Shown: positions 19,243 through 28,645 of the stretch, in pieces
Layout of the letters: every line of letters begins with the position of its first letter
How positions within the stretch are numbered: the first letter of the stretch is position 1
Source: an uncultured delta proteobacterium
Lineage (GTDB): Bacteria > Desulfobacterota > Binatia > UBA9968
Direction: 5' to 3'
NCBI GenBank assembly: GCA_963737905.1
Contig: CAVTUQ010000007.1
Span: forward strand, 128,001 to 192,000
Length of the DNA: 64,000 nucleotides
Translations under genes and position numbers: made by a program
Notes under the pieces: generated by a model
Databases searched by the model: none
Seen by the model: the letters and a program-made list of their open reading frames with translations, nothing else
What the model was told of the DNA's origin: nothing

Positions 19243-19857
19243 TTAGTGGTGGAGAAGCGGGTCGACTTCAAGCGGTGTATTTAGTCGGCTGCCAACCCGC
19301 CGACCCAACTCTTCTAGTCTCCGTAAACTGCCGCGGTCCAATAGAATCGACTCGCCTCCCATCGCGAATAAGCGAAGAGACGGCACGGGAAAAGCTTGTG
19401 CGGATGAGGAACCGGCGACGGCAAAACCACTGTATACCTGGTCAACCCCAAGCCTAAGCTTTTTGATTTCGAGGTACGCAACCGACAGTAAGGTTGTTTG
19501 GTAAAGGCTACGCTTCTTCAAGGTGACTTGTTGTGCTGAGTTGTCGATAACAATCGTCCGCCTCTGGGAGAGAAGATAAAGAGAGATGCCAAAAAGAATC
19601 ACGTTCATTAACGGAAAGTACCACAGCGAACCGGCGGCACCGACGAAGCCGTTAAGATAAATCGCATAGAGGATGGGAACGGATATGAAGAGCAGTAGGA
19701 GCGCGATACCGAGGCAAAGAAACGCGGGGAAGCGGGGCCCCTGCCAGACGAGGCGGAGTTCTTTGTCGGTTTCCTCGTCGATGCGAAAACCGAGTCGATT
19801 GCCGATCGCTTCGAACTGAGTTGGATTACCCTCCATCTGTATTTGAAACGGCGACAA
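19243..19857 (-). CDS. Hypothetical membrane protein (2 TM helices plus soluble C-terminal domain)
   Basis: Two hydrophobic segments. Start uncertain (ATG 19836 possible). Confidence 0.7.
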   Translation of the reverse strand: MSPFQIQMEGNPTQFEAIGNRLGFRIDEETDKELRLVWQGPRFPAFLCLGIALLLLFISVPILYAIYLNGFVGAAGSLWYFPLMNVILFGISLYLLSQRRTIVIDNSAQQVTLKKRSLYQTTLLSVAYLEIKKLRLGVDQVYSGFAVAGSSSAQAFPVPSLRLFAMGGESILLDRGSLRRLEELGRRVGSRLNTPLEVDPLLHH

Positions 19858-19882
19858 TCCAGGGGATAGCTTCTGAAAAGGG

Positions 19883-21178
19883 CTATTGTTTTTGTTCTTT
19901 CTGTTCCCGGTAGAAGTCTTTGAATCGGTAGTCTCTCAAGCGTATGAGATTCTGATACGATCCGAACCGGGTTGTGGAATCGTCGACGTTATCGAGAAGA
20001 TCCACGGGATTATCCTCTGACTCGAAGACGCGTATTTTCTGGTAAGTCGTCGAGCGTTCGGCCGGAATACGGCCCATTTCACGGATGAGACTTCGAAATT
20101 GGGAAGGTTTCATGAGTTGTCCATAGCCGGCGCCGGCGGCTGTCGAAATGCTTTCATTGATCAGCGTTCCGCCGAAGTCGTTAGCACCCGCTAGCAGGGC
20201 GATTTGCGAAAGCTTGGGACCTTCTTTTACCCAGGAGACCTGCAGGTTCGGAATCCAGTTATTGAGCATGAGCCGAGATACCGCATATATTTTCATGACT
20301 TCGGCCCCAGTGGCTCCAGAGCGAAGTCCCCGGATGCTTTTGCGGTGGAACATGGGAGCTTCTTCGTACACGAAACTCAGGGGTACGAATTCGGTGATAC
20401 CGCCGGTCTTCTTTTGGATGTCACGCAGGATATCGAGATGAACCGCTTTGTGATGAGACGATTCGATATGGCCATACATAATGGTCGAGGTTGTCGGGAT
20501 GCCGATCTCGTGAGCGGTCTGGATCAAGTCAATCCACTGCGCGGTGCCGATTCGGCCGGGCGAAATGTGGTGGCGTATCTCATCTACCAGAACCTCTGCA
20601 GAAGTGCCCGGGAGACTTCCCACGCCGGCCTCCTTGAGAGCGAATAGATAGTCGCGAATCGAAACGCCGCTCAGGGTGGCGCCATATAAAACTTCTTCCG
20701 GCGAAAAGCCGTGGATGTGCAGCGCCGGCAGCGTCTCCTTCAAGATGCGACAGAGGTTTACGTAATGCCAGCCGTCGATACCGGGAGCAAGACCGGCCTG
20801 CACGCAGACCTCGGTCGCGCCCAGCTCGTGGGCTTCTCGCGCGCGCCGGAGGATTTCCTCGGTGGGCAAAAAGTAGCCTTCTTCGGCCAGGTGCCCTCTG
20901 CTGAAAGCGCAGAAACCACAGGCTTTGACACACACGTTGGTGAAGTTGATATTGCGATTGACGACGTAGGTAACCACATCGCCTACGGTCTTGGCGCGGA
21001 GGTAATCCGCGGCTGCGATCAATGCCGGCAGGTCGGAACCGCCAGCGTCGAAGAGACGGGTCGCCTCCTCAACCGTAATATCCGCGCCGGCCAAAGCACG
21101 ATCCAGGATGTGGGCCACGACGGAGCTGACGGTTGAGAGCGACCGCTCCAGCGCCGTTTGCAAGTGAGGCAGACTCAT
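19883..21178 (-). CDS. cofH: FO synthase subunit CofH (radical SAM, CofH/MqnC family)
   Basis: VTYVVNRNINFTNVCVKACGFC (CxxxCxxC), TTSTIMYGH, EFVPLSF, QVSWVKEG. GANDFGGTLINESIS is CofH-type rather than MqnC/MqnE-type. Confidence 0.82.
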   Translation of the reverse strand: MSLPHLQTALERSLSTVSSVVAHILDRALAGADITVEEATRLFDAGGSDLPALIAAADYLRAKTVGDVVTYVVNRNINFTNVCVKACGFCAFSRGHLAEEGYFLPTEEILRRAREAHELGATEVCVQAGLAPGIDGWHYVNLCRILKETLPALHIHGFSPEEVLYGATLSGVSIRDYLFALKEAGVGSLPGTSAEVLVDEIRHHISPGRIGTAQWIDLIQTAHEIGIPTTSTIMYGHIESSHHKAVHLDILRDIQKKTGGITEFVPLSFVYEEAPMFHRKSIRGLRSGATGAEVMKIYAVSRLMLNNWIPNLQVSWVKEGPKLSQIALLAGANDFGGTLINESISTAAGAGYGQLMKPSQFRSLIREMGRIPAERSTTYQKIRVFESEDNPVDLLDNVDDSTTRFGSYQNLIRLRDYRFKDFYREQKEQKQ

Positions 21179-21233
21179 GCGGGGACTTTAGCCTTTCATT
21201 ACCACAAAGACAATGCGTAGAGCGGCGGCGGAT

Positions 21234-21767
21234 CTAGCGTTGCATCCAATAGCGAGCGAACTCGGTCAGAAAAGTAAGAGTGGAGAAATCGCTCATGCGG
21301 TCGAGATAGACTTTCCCGTTCAAATGGTCCCACTCATGCTGAATGACACGAGCGTGGAAATCGACGGCGATGAATTCCAATTGTTTGCCGTCTCGATCCC
21401 AAGCCCGCACCCGAATGCTCTTGTGGCGGGGGACTCGGCCGCGGATATCGGGAATGCTTAGGCAGCCTTCCCAATCCTCTTCCATTTCTTCCGTCAGGGG
21501 TTGGATCTCGGGGTTGATCAGAACGGTCAACGGAACGTTGGGCTTGTTGGGGTAACGCGGGTTCTCGGCCACTTCGATCACCGCAACTTGCTTCGATTCG
21601 TGCACCTGATCGGCCGCCAGCCCTACGCCATCGTACTCTTTCATGGTTTCAATCATGTCATCGATGAACTTTTGAAAACTCGGTGATCGGATCTCTCGGG
21701 GCGATAGGGGCGCCGCCATCTTGCGCAACACCGGATTCCCGAGGCGTGCAACCTTTAGAATCGCCAT
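21234..21767 (-). CDS. def: Peptide deformylase
   Basis: GVGLAADQ, EGCLS, QHEWDHLNG. Confidence 0.95.
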   Translation of the reverse strand: MAILKVARLGNPVLRKMAAPLSPREIRSPSFQKFIDDMIETMKEYDGVGLAADQVHESKQVAVIEVAENPRYPNKPNVPLTVLINPEIQPLTEEMEEDWEGCLSIPDIRGRVPRHKSIRVRAWDRDGKQLEFIAVDFHARVIQHEWDHLNGKVYLDRMSDFSTLTFLTEFARYWMQR

Positions 21768-21842
21768 GGGTGTTTCATAGCACAGGGAAAGGAGCCATTG
21801 AAGCATACCTTGCGAGCAGAATCCTTATTATTTTAGCTTATA

Positions 21843-21872
21843 TTGACAAAGAAGACCTAGAGAGTCTATATT
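21843..21872 (+). promoter_or_regulatory. Sigma70-type promoter of the rrf2-suf operon with an overlapping AGAC-N7-GTCT palindrome
   Basis: TTGACA at 21843-21848, 18-nt spacer, TATATT at 21867-21872. Inverted repeat at 21853-21867. Confidence 0.55.
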
Positions 21873-21922
21873 ACTTTTGAGAGATGAAACGGTCGAAAAC
21901 CAGAACAGAGAGAAGTTCATTG

Positions 21923-22372
21923 ATGAACGTCGGACGCCGTGTAGATTACGCTGTCCGAGCTCTTTCGTTTCTTGCTGGCCAACCCGCTGGGAAGATTGTT
22001 AGCCGTGCGGACATTGAAAAAAGTCAAGATATCCCATCTTTTTACCTGTCCAAGATCATGAAGGATCTGGTGGCGGGGGGATTAGTCCAGTCGCACATTG
22101 GTTCTAAAGGCGGGTTTTCGCTGGCCAAGCTCGCGGCGAGTATTAGCATCAAGGACGTCTATGAGACAGTGGAACGGCCGCTTGTGCTCATGGATTGTCT
22201 CGAGAAGGGTGCCGACTATTGCTCTTATTGTTCGGTTTGCACACAGAAGTCGATTTGGGAAGAGGCTCAGAAGGTTCTTGCGGAGTTCCTGGGAAGAATC
22301 TCCATCAACGATATCGCCGACAGGCAGGGATTGAAGGCACGATTAGTCGAAAGTCTGCAGAAGGTGGGTTGA
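21923..22372 (+). CDS. Rrf2-family (IscR/SufR-like) transcriptional regulator
   Basis: RVDYAVRAL, YLSKIMKDL, GSKGGFSLA, ISIKDV, and Cys cluster C-x7-C-x2-C-x2-C. The ORF track starts at 21884. Confidence 0.9.
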   Translation: MNVGRRVDYAVRALSFLAGQPAGKIVSRADIEKSQDIPSFYLSKIMKDLVAGGLVQSHIGSKGGFSLAKLAASISIKDVYETVERPLVLMDCLEKGADYCSYCSVCTQKSIWEEAQKVLAEFLGRISINDIADRQGLKARLVESLQKVG

Positions 22373-22392
22373 GGCTGATTCGGGAGTAGGCA

Positions 22393-23151
22393 ATGCTGGA
22401 AATAAAAAACTTACGGGCGCAGGTCGGAGAAAAGGAAATTTTACGCGGGATAGATCTACGGATCGGTGCCGGAGAAATTCACGCGATTATGGGGCCCAAC
22501 GGTTCGGGCAAAAGCACATTGGCCCATGTCCTCGCCGGACGGGAGAATTATCAGGTGACGGCTGGAGAAGTCATCTATGGCGGCAAGGATCTTTTGGCCA
22601 TGAGTCCCGAAGAGCGGGCGCGAGACGGGGTTTTCTTGGCGTTTCAGTATCCTGTGGAAATCCCGGGTATCAGCACAACCTACTTCCTCAAGGCTGCGGT
22701 CAATGCAGTGCGAAAGCACCGCGGACTCGAAGAGCTGGATGCCATGGAATTTCTTTCCCTTATCAAAGAAAAAATAAAAGTGGTTGAGATGGACGAGAAT
22801 CTCATCAACCGGCCGCTCAACGAAGGCTTTTCCGGGGGTGAAAAGAAGCGCAACGAAATTTTACAGATGGCGGTATTGGATCCGAAACTGGCCATTCTCG
22901 ACGAGACCGACTCCGGTCTCGATATCGATGCACTACGCATCGTTGCCAACGGCGTTAACGCGCTGCGCCGTCAGGACCGGGCGATGATCGTCATAACTCA
23001 CTATCAGCGATTGCTTAACTACATCGTCCCGGATTTTATCCACGTGCTCCACCAGGGGCGGATTGTCAGGTCGGGGACGAAAGAGCTCGCGCTGGAGCTC
23101 GAAGTCAAAGGCTACGACTGGATCAAGAGCGAAGCGAGCCAGCTCCAATAG
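22393..23151 (+). CDS. sufC: Fe-S cluster assembly ATPase
   Basis: GPNGSGKST, FQYPVEIPG, FSGGEKKRNE, LDETDSGLDIDAL, ITHYQRLL. Confidence 0.97.
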   Translation: MLEIKNLRAQVGEKEILRGIDLRIGAGEIHAIMGPNGSGKSTLAHVLAGRENYQVTAGEVIYGGKDLLAMSPEERARDGVFLAFQYPVEIPGISTTYFLKAAVNAVRKHRGLEELDAMEFLSLIKEKIKVVEMDENLINRPLNEGFSGGEKKRNEILQMAVLDPKLAILDETDSGLDIDALRIVANGVNALRRQDRAMIVITHYQRLLNYIVPDFIHVLHQGRIVRSGTKELALELEVKGYDWIKSEASQLQ

Positions 23152-23169
23152 CGACAGGAAAGAGCCATC

Positions 23170-24504
23170 ATGGCACTGAATCGTCAGGAAACCGAACCCT
23201 ATCTCTCTGCCTTTGAGCATTACCAAAAGAACGGTGCCGGCAGGGGGCCTGCGTGGCTGAAAGAACTCCGGCAATCTGCAATCACCAGTTTTGAAAAGTT
23301 GGGATTTCCAACCAACCGCAACGAGGATTGGAAGTATACGAGTGTTGGTTCACTGGTCGCGACCGTCTTCGAGCGAGATGAACACGGCCGCAACGACACA
23401 AAATCCGTAGCGGAGGCCGCCATCCACGTGCTGTCGTTTGCCGACTCGGTCTACAATCGTTTGGTTTTTGTCAACGGCGTCTATTTGCCGGAGCTATCAG
23501 GAGTGCGTGGATTACCCGTAGGTGCCCGGGTGGAAAGCCTGGCCAACGCGCTGCGGCGCGACGACGACATTGTGCATGCTCACTTGTCTCGATATGTTCG
23601 TTACCAGGAGCATTCGTTTGCTGCCCTCAACACGGCTTTCATCGAGGATGGCGCTTTAGTTTTTATTCCCAAAGGCGAAGTGATTGAAGAGCCTATCTAT
23701 TTGGTCTTCGTTTCGACCGGTCCATATCGACCCGTGGTCTCCCACCCGCGAAATTTGATCGTTGCGGAGGAGGGAAGCCAAGGCCGCATTGTCGAGAGTC
23801 ATGTCGGGACCGGTAGCGGCGCTTATTTCGCCAATGCGGTGACGGAAATCTTCGGCGGTGAAGGCGCATCCATCGAACATTACCTTTTGCAGCGGGGGGG
23901 CGACGCGGGTTTTCATATCGGTACGCTCGAGGCGCAATTGAGTCGTCAATGCAACCTTTCCGCGCATTCCATCACGCTGGCAGGCTCATTGGTCCGCAAT
24001 GACGTGCACGTGGTTCTCAACGGTGAAGGCTCCGAGTGTAGCCTTAACGGCCTCTATTTAATGGACGGCAAGCAGCATGTCGATAACCATACGGAAATCG
24101 AGCATTGCATGCCGCGCGCACGGAGCCAGGAACTCTATAAGGGCATTTTGAGCGGGAGTGCACGGGGGGTGTTTAACGGGAAAATTCTCGTTCACAAAGA
24201 CGCACAAAAGAGCGATGCCCGCCAGACGAATAAGAATCTGGTGCTGTCTGAAAATGCGGTCATTAACACCCAACCCCAGTTGGAAATCCATGCGGACGAC
24301 GTCAAGTGCAGCCACGGATCTACGGTTGGACAGTTGGACCGTGACTCGCTGTTCTATTTGCGGTCGCGGGGAATTGGCTCAGCGGAGGCCCAAAGTCTCC
24401 TCTGTTATGCCTTTGCCAGCGAGGTTGTTAGCAGGGTCAAGATCGGGACCATGCGGGCACAGCTCGACAATTATTTACTTAGGAAATTCAGAAGCGATCT
24501 ATAA
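23170..24504 (+). CDS. sufD: Fe-S cluster assembly protein SufD
   Basis: EDWKYT, VFNGKI, PQLEIHADDVKCSHG, LFYLRSRGI. Confidence 0.93.
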   Translation: MALNRQETEPYLSAFEHYQKNGAGRGPAWLKELRQSAITSFEKLGFPTNRNEDWKYTSVGSLVATVFERDEHGRNDTKSVAEAAIHVLSFADSVYNRLVFVNGVYLPELSGVRGLPVGARVESLANALRRDDDIVHAHLSRYVRYQEHSFAALNTAFIEDGALVFIPKGEVIEEPIYLVFVSTGPYRPVVSHPRNLIVAEEGSQGRIVESHVGTGSGAYFANAVTEIFGGEGASIEHYLLQRGGDAGFHIGTLEAQLSRQCNLSAHSITLAGSLVRNDVHVVLNGEGSECSLNGLYLMDGKQHVDNHTEIEHCMPRARSQELYKGILSGSARGVFNGKILVHKDAQKSDARQTNKNLVLSENAVINTQPQLEIHADDVKCSHGSTVGQLDRDSLFYLRSRGIGSAEAQSLLCYAFASEVVSRVKIGTMRAQLDNYLLRKFRSDL

Positions 24505-24515
24505 GCGAGTCACCC

Positions 24516-25772
24516 ATGAAAGTCGCTCACGAAATTACCATCCCCGGCCCGTTGACATTGGACGTCAGCAAGATCCGGGCCGATTTTCCAATTCTAAAGC
24601 AGAAGGTCCACGGCAAGCCCTTAGTGTACCTCGACAACGGGGCCACGAGTCAAAAGCCACAGTGTGTCATCGACACATTGAATCGCTATTACAGTGAGGA
24701 AAATTCGAATATCCACCGCGGTGTTCATTGCTTGAGCGAGCGGGCAACGGCGGCTTACGAGGCGGCGCGCCAGAAAATGAAGAGCTTCGTCAATGCCCGG
24801 AGCGAACAGGAGATTATTTTCGTTCGTGGTACCACAGAGGCGATTAACCTGGTCGCACAAAGTTATGGGAGAACGTTTCTTAAAAAGGGAGACGAGATCA
24901 TTGTCTCGGCTATGGAACATCACTCCAATATTGTTCCATGGCAGATGCTCTGTGAACAGATCGGCGCGCGACTGCAGGTGATTCCTATCAATCACGACGG
25001 AGAGCTGGTTCTGGATGAGTACCGCCGCCTGCTCGGTGAGAAGACCAAGCTGGTCGCCGTGACCCATGTTTCCAACGCTTTGGGAACCATCGCTCCGGTA
25101 AAAGAGATAGTGCGCTTGGCGCACGAGCGGAAGGTTCCGGTTTTGTTGGACGGCGCGCAGGCGGCTCCGCATCTCAAAGTTGATGTCCAAGCACTCGGCT
25201 GTGACTTCTATGCGTTTTCCGGGCACAAGCTTTTCGGTCCGACGGGGGTCGGAATCCTCTACGGGCGGTCGGAATTGCTTGACGCCATGCCGCCTTATCA
25301 GGGAGGCGGCGACATGATCAGCCTGGTTACCTTTGAGAAGACCCATTACAACGTGCTCCCTTATAAGTTTGAGGCCGGAACGCCGCACATCGCGGGCGGG
25401 ATCGGGCTTGGGGCGGCGATCGATTACTTAGCCGGATTGGATTGGGAGCGGGTCGTGGCTCATGAGCATGACCTGCTCACCTACGCGACGTCTGCCTTGT
25501 CCGACATCGAGGGGCTTAGAATCATCGGTACCGCGAAGGAAAAAGTCGGCGTAATCTCCTTTGTGTTTGATCATATTCATGCCCACGACGTCGGTACGAT
25601 TCTCGATCAAGAAGGAGTGGCGGTTCGTGCAGGGCATCATTGCGCTATGCCGGTCATGCAGCGCTTTGGCGTCCCGGCGACAACCCGGGCGTCCTTTGCT
25701 CTGTACAATACCCGGGAGGAAATCGATGTTCTCGTCAGGGGAATTCATCGGGCGTTGAAGGTGTTTAAATAA
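24516..25772 (+). CDS. sufS: Cysteine desulfurase, SufS type
   Basis: YLDNGATSQKP, SGHKLFGPTG, RAGHHCA. Confidence 0.97.
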   Translation: MKVAHEITIPGPLTLDVSKIRADFPILKQKVHGKPLVYLDNGATSQKPQCVIDTLNRYYSEENSNIHRGVHCLSERATAAYEAARQKMKSFVNARSEQEIIFVRGTTEAINLVAQSYGRTFLKKGDEIIVSAMEHHSNIVPWQMLCEQIGARLQVIPINHDGELVLDEYRRLLGEKTKLVAVTHVSNALGTIAPVKEIVRLAHERKVPVLLDGAQAAPHLKVDVQALGCDFYAFSGHKLFGPTGVGILYGRSELLDAMPPYQGGGDMISLVTFEKTHYNVLPYKFEAGTPHIAGGIGLGAAIDYLAGLDWERVVAHEHDLLTYATSALSDIEGLRIIGTAKEKVGVISFVFDHIHAHDVGTILDQEGVAVRAGHHCAMPVMQRFGVPATTRASFALYNTREEIDVLVRGIHRALKVFK

Positions 25773-26224
25773 TGTCGGAACTCGACGAACTCTACCAAGA
25801 AGTCATCCTCGACCATAACCGAAGTCCGCGTAACTACCGGGTGATGGCGAATGCTAACCGTAAAGCACAGGGATACAACCCGCTTTGCGGTGATCATGTG
25901 GCGGTCTACCTCGACCTGGAAGAAGGAGTGATCAAAGACATTAGTTTTCAAGGGTCGGGCTGCGCCATTTCCAAGGCCTCCGCATCGATGATGACGGCGG
26001 AATTGAAAGGTAAAACCGAAGCCGAAGCCAAAGAGCTTTTTGAGAATGTGCATAAAATGCTAACAGGTGAATCCAATGAGCAGGGAGGTCCAACAGGCGT
26101 CGGCAAGCTTAAGATTCTCTCCGGGGTGTGCAAGTTTCCCGCGCGGGTCAAGTGCGCGAGTCTCGCCTGGCATACGGTCAGTTCGGCCCTAAAAGGCGGA
26201 GAGGAAATGGCATCCACTGAATAA
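25772..26224 (+). CDS. sufU: SUF system NifU-like sulfur-transfer protein
   Basis: LYQEVILDH, NPLCGD, GCAISKAS, RVKCA, with the SufU-type insert. Confidence 0.93.
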   Translation: MSELDELYQEVILDHNRSPRNYRVMANANRKAQGYNPLCGDHVAVYLDLEEGVIKDISFQGSGCAISKASASMMTAELKGKTEAEAKELFENVHKMLTGESNEQGGPTGVGKLKILSGVCKFPARVKCASLAWHTVSSALKGGEEMASTE

Positions 26225-26253
26225 TTCACGGATCCGATGAAAGAGGGGCCCAT

Positions 26254-26811
26254 ATGAACCGCGAAAAGTCGATTATCGTTAGGCGCGATTGCCCGGCCGT
26301 TATGATTCCCAGCGGCGAGCGGACTACGCTGATCCCGGGCAGCTCCGTTTGGGTGACTCAATCTCTTGGCGGCATCTATACAGTTATGACGGACCGCGGC
26401 TACATGGTACGCATCGATGGCATGGATGGCGATGCCATCGGCATGGCGCGAGTCCCAGAGAGCCCGCATGAGGCCGCCGGGGCGGCGGATAGCGATGAAG
26501 AGATAGAGCGGCGCGTTTGGGAGCAATTAAAATCCTGCTTCGATCCCGAGATTCCGGTGAATATCGTTGATCTGGGCTTGATTTATCATTGCGCCGTCAC
26601 GCCTCTCTCCGGAGGCGGATACAAAGCAGCCGTGCGCTTTACTCTAACGGCTCAAGGTTGTGGCATGGGCCAGTTTCTAAAGGCAGATATACAAAAAAAA
26701 CTGTTAGGCGTTTCAGGTGTGCAGGAGGTTGATGTCGAGATCGTTTGGGACCCCCCTTGGAACCAAAGCATGATCTCCGGGGCTGCGAAACAGCAATTGG
26801 GAATTTCATGA
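26254..26811 (+). CDS. sufT: Fe-S assembly protein SufT (long form, N-terminal domain plus DUF59)
   Basis: TQSLGG, FDPEIPVNIVDLGL, TLTAQGCGMG, WDPPW. Confidence 0.85.
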   Translation: MNREKSIIVRRDCPAVMIPSGERTTLIPGSSVWVTQSLGGIYTVMTDRGYMVRIDGMDGDAIGMARVPESPHEAAGAADSDEEIERRVWEQLKSCFDPEIPVNIVDLGLIYHCAVTPLSGGGYKAAVRFTLTAQGCGMGQFLKADIQKKLLGVSGVQEVDVEIVWDPPWNQSMISGAAKQQLGIS

Positions 26812-26841
26812 AGAGAGACGGCATTTCAAAAGGATAAGATC

Positions 26842-27162
26842 ATGAGTTCAATTAATAACCTTGTCATGGAAGCGCAAGTCTTGGATGCACTGCGCACCTG
26901 CTATGATCCTGAAATACCCGTTAACATCTACGAATTAGGACTCGTGTACGAGGTGAATGCTGACGATGCGGGTATTGTATCTATTAAGATGACGCTCACG
27001 TCCCCGCACTGTCCCGCTGTGCAGTCCTTGCCTGCGGAAATCGAAAATAAGGTGAGAACGGTTTCGGGTGTGACCGACGTGAAACTCGACCTCGTGTGGG
27101 ATCCTCCATGGGATCCTAGCAAGATGTCCGAAGCCGCCAGACTTCAACTCGGAATGATATAG
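26842..27162 (+). CDS. DUF59/MIP18-family Fe-S assembly protein (short form)
   Basis: YDPEIPVNIYELGL, MTLTSPHCP, WDPPWDPSKMSEAARLQLG. Confidence 0.9.
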   Translation: MSSINNLVMEAQVLDALRTCYDPEIPVNIYELGLVYEVNADDAGIVSIKMTLTSPHCPAVQSLPAEIENKVRTVSGVTDVKLDLVWDPPWDPSKMSEAARLQLGMI

Positions 27163-27223
27163 TCACTCTTTGGCGACGATCCTTTCTGAGACAAGGAGTT
27201 CTATAAACTACTGAATTTAACCT

Positions 27224-27634
27224 ATGGATCAGACTTCTTTCGAGCAACTCGGAGGCGAGCAACAACTGAGACTGATCATTAACACCTTCATTGACCGCGT
27301 CTTCGATGATCGGATGATTGGCTTTTTCTTTCGCAAGGCAGATCGTCAGCGCATCAAAGATATGGAGTATCAATTGGCGGCTCATTTCCTCGGGGCTCAG
27401 GTGGAATATCAGGGTCGCCCATTGGACCAAGTCCACTCAAAACATCCCATTATGGGCGGCCATTTCGCCCGGCGACGGCAGATCCTAAAGGAGACACTGG
27501 ATTTCTACCATGTGCCTGCCCCCATCATACAGGATTGGTTAGCACACACGGATGCATTGAGACCCCTGATTACTTCCCAAAAAGACTCGGAATGCGATCC
27601 AAAGGCTCTGGGACAAAAGGTCAAATCGGGCTAA
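27224..27634 (+). CDS. Group I truncated haemoglobin
   Basis: FEQLGG, FIDRV, FFF (CD1), LGA..YQGR, proximal His in QVH. Confidence 0.85.
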   Translation: MDQTSFEQLGGEQQLRLIINTFIDRVFDDRMIGFFFRKADRQRIKDMEYQLAAHFLGAQVEYQGRPLDQVHSKHPIMGGHFARRRQILKETLDFYHVPAPIIQDWLAHTDALRPLITSQKDSECDPKALGQKVKSG

Positions 27635-27740
27635 CGGTTTGTGAAGCCCCCTCTGAGGCTTCTATGACTGTTTGTGACCTAGGATAAAATTGTGTTATTA
27701 ATTAGTATCCACCGAAGGTTGTCATCAAGGATTCGCCTGC

Positions 27741-28604
27741 GTGAAATTAGCCGACCTGTATGCCCGGCCCGAGTTGACCCTATCGGTTGAATTCTTTCCT
27801 CCAAAGACGGACAAAGGCGAGGAAAACCTCTTTAGCGAAATCGAAATTATCAAGAGGCTGAATCCTGCCTTTTGCTCGGTCACGTACGGGGCGGGCGGAA
27901 GCACGCGCGAAAAAACCGTCGGGCTGGTCGATCGAATCCATCGCACATACGGCTTGGAGGTTATGTGCCATTTAACCGTTGTCGGCCAATCCAAAGACGA
28001 AGCCAGATCCGTACTCAGGACGCTAAAGGAAAAAGGTATCGAGAATATTATTGCGCTCGGCGGTGATCCGCCTCAGGGGACGATGGATTGGCAGCCGCAT
28101 CCGGACGGTTTTCAGCATGCGGCGGAACTTGTGCGCGAGGCGGTCGCGATCGGCGGGTTCTCCATTGCGGTGGCGGGCTTTCCTGAGGTTCACCCAAGGG
28201 CTGAGAGCCGGGCCTCCGATCATAGATATCTAAAGGAGAAAGTCGATGCAGGCGCGGCGGCGATTATTACGCAGCTCTTTTTCGACAACGACGAGTACTA
28301 TCGCTATGTGGAGGATGTGAGAAAACTGGGAATCCGCGTGCCGATCGTGCCGGGAGTTTTGCCGGTTCTTTCCGCGTCACAGATTCGCCGTTTCACGTCC
28401 CTCTGTTGCGCCAAGATCCCGGCAGAGTTGGAACGTGAGTTGGTCAAGGTCGAGAAGGATGACGAGGCCGCCGTGCAATTAGGGATCGACTATGCAACCC
28501 GTCAGTGTGAAGGATTGATCAAATTCGGCGTTCCCGGCCTGCACTTCTATTCTCTCAACAAATCGTATTCTATCCAGGCCCTTTGCAAAAACCTCAATTT
28601 ATAG
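27741..28604 (+). CDS. metF: 5,10-methylenetetrahydrofolate reductase
   Basis: SVEFFPPK, SVTYGAGG, HLT, GDPP, FPEVHP, ITQLFFD, HFYSLN. Confidence 0.95.
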   Translation: MKLADLYARPELTLSVEFFPPKTDKGEENLFSEIEIIKRLNPAFCSVTYGAGGSTREKTVGLVDRIHRTYGLEVMCHLTVVGQSKDEARSVLRTLKEKGIENIIALGGDPPQGTMDWQPHPDGFQHAAELVREAVAIGGFSIAVAGFPEVHPRAESRASDHRYLKEKVDAGAAAIITQLFFDNDEYYRYVEDVRKLGIRVPIVPGVLPVLSASQIRRFTSLCCAKIPAELERELVKVEKDDEAAVQLGIDYATRQCEGLIKFGVPGLHFYSLNKSYSIQALCKNLNL

Positions 28605-28645
28605 GTTTCCGCTTCGGGGACCTATCGCGTCAATCACCAGCAACG

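Noticed and set aside
27635-27740. SAM riboswitch upstream of metF
   Set aside because: No SAM-I or SAM-II consensus recognised, only a weak hairpin.
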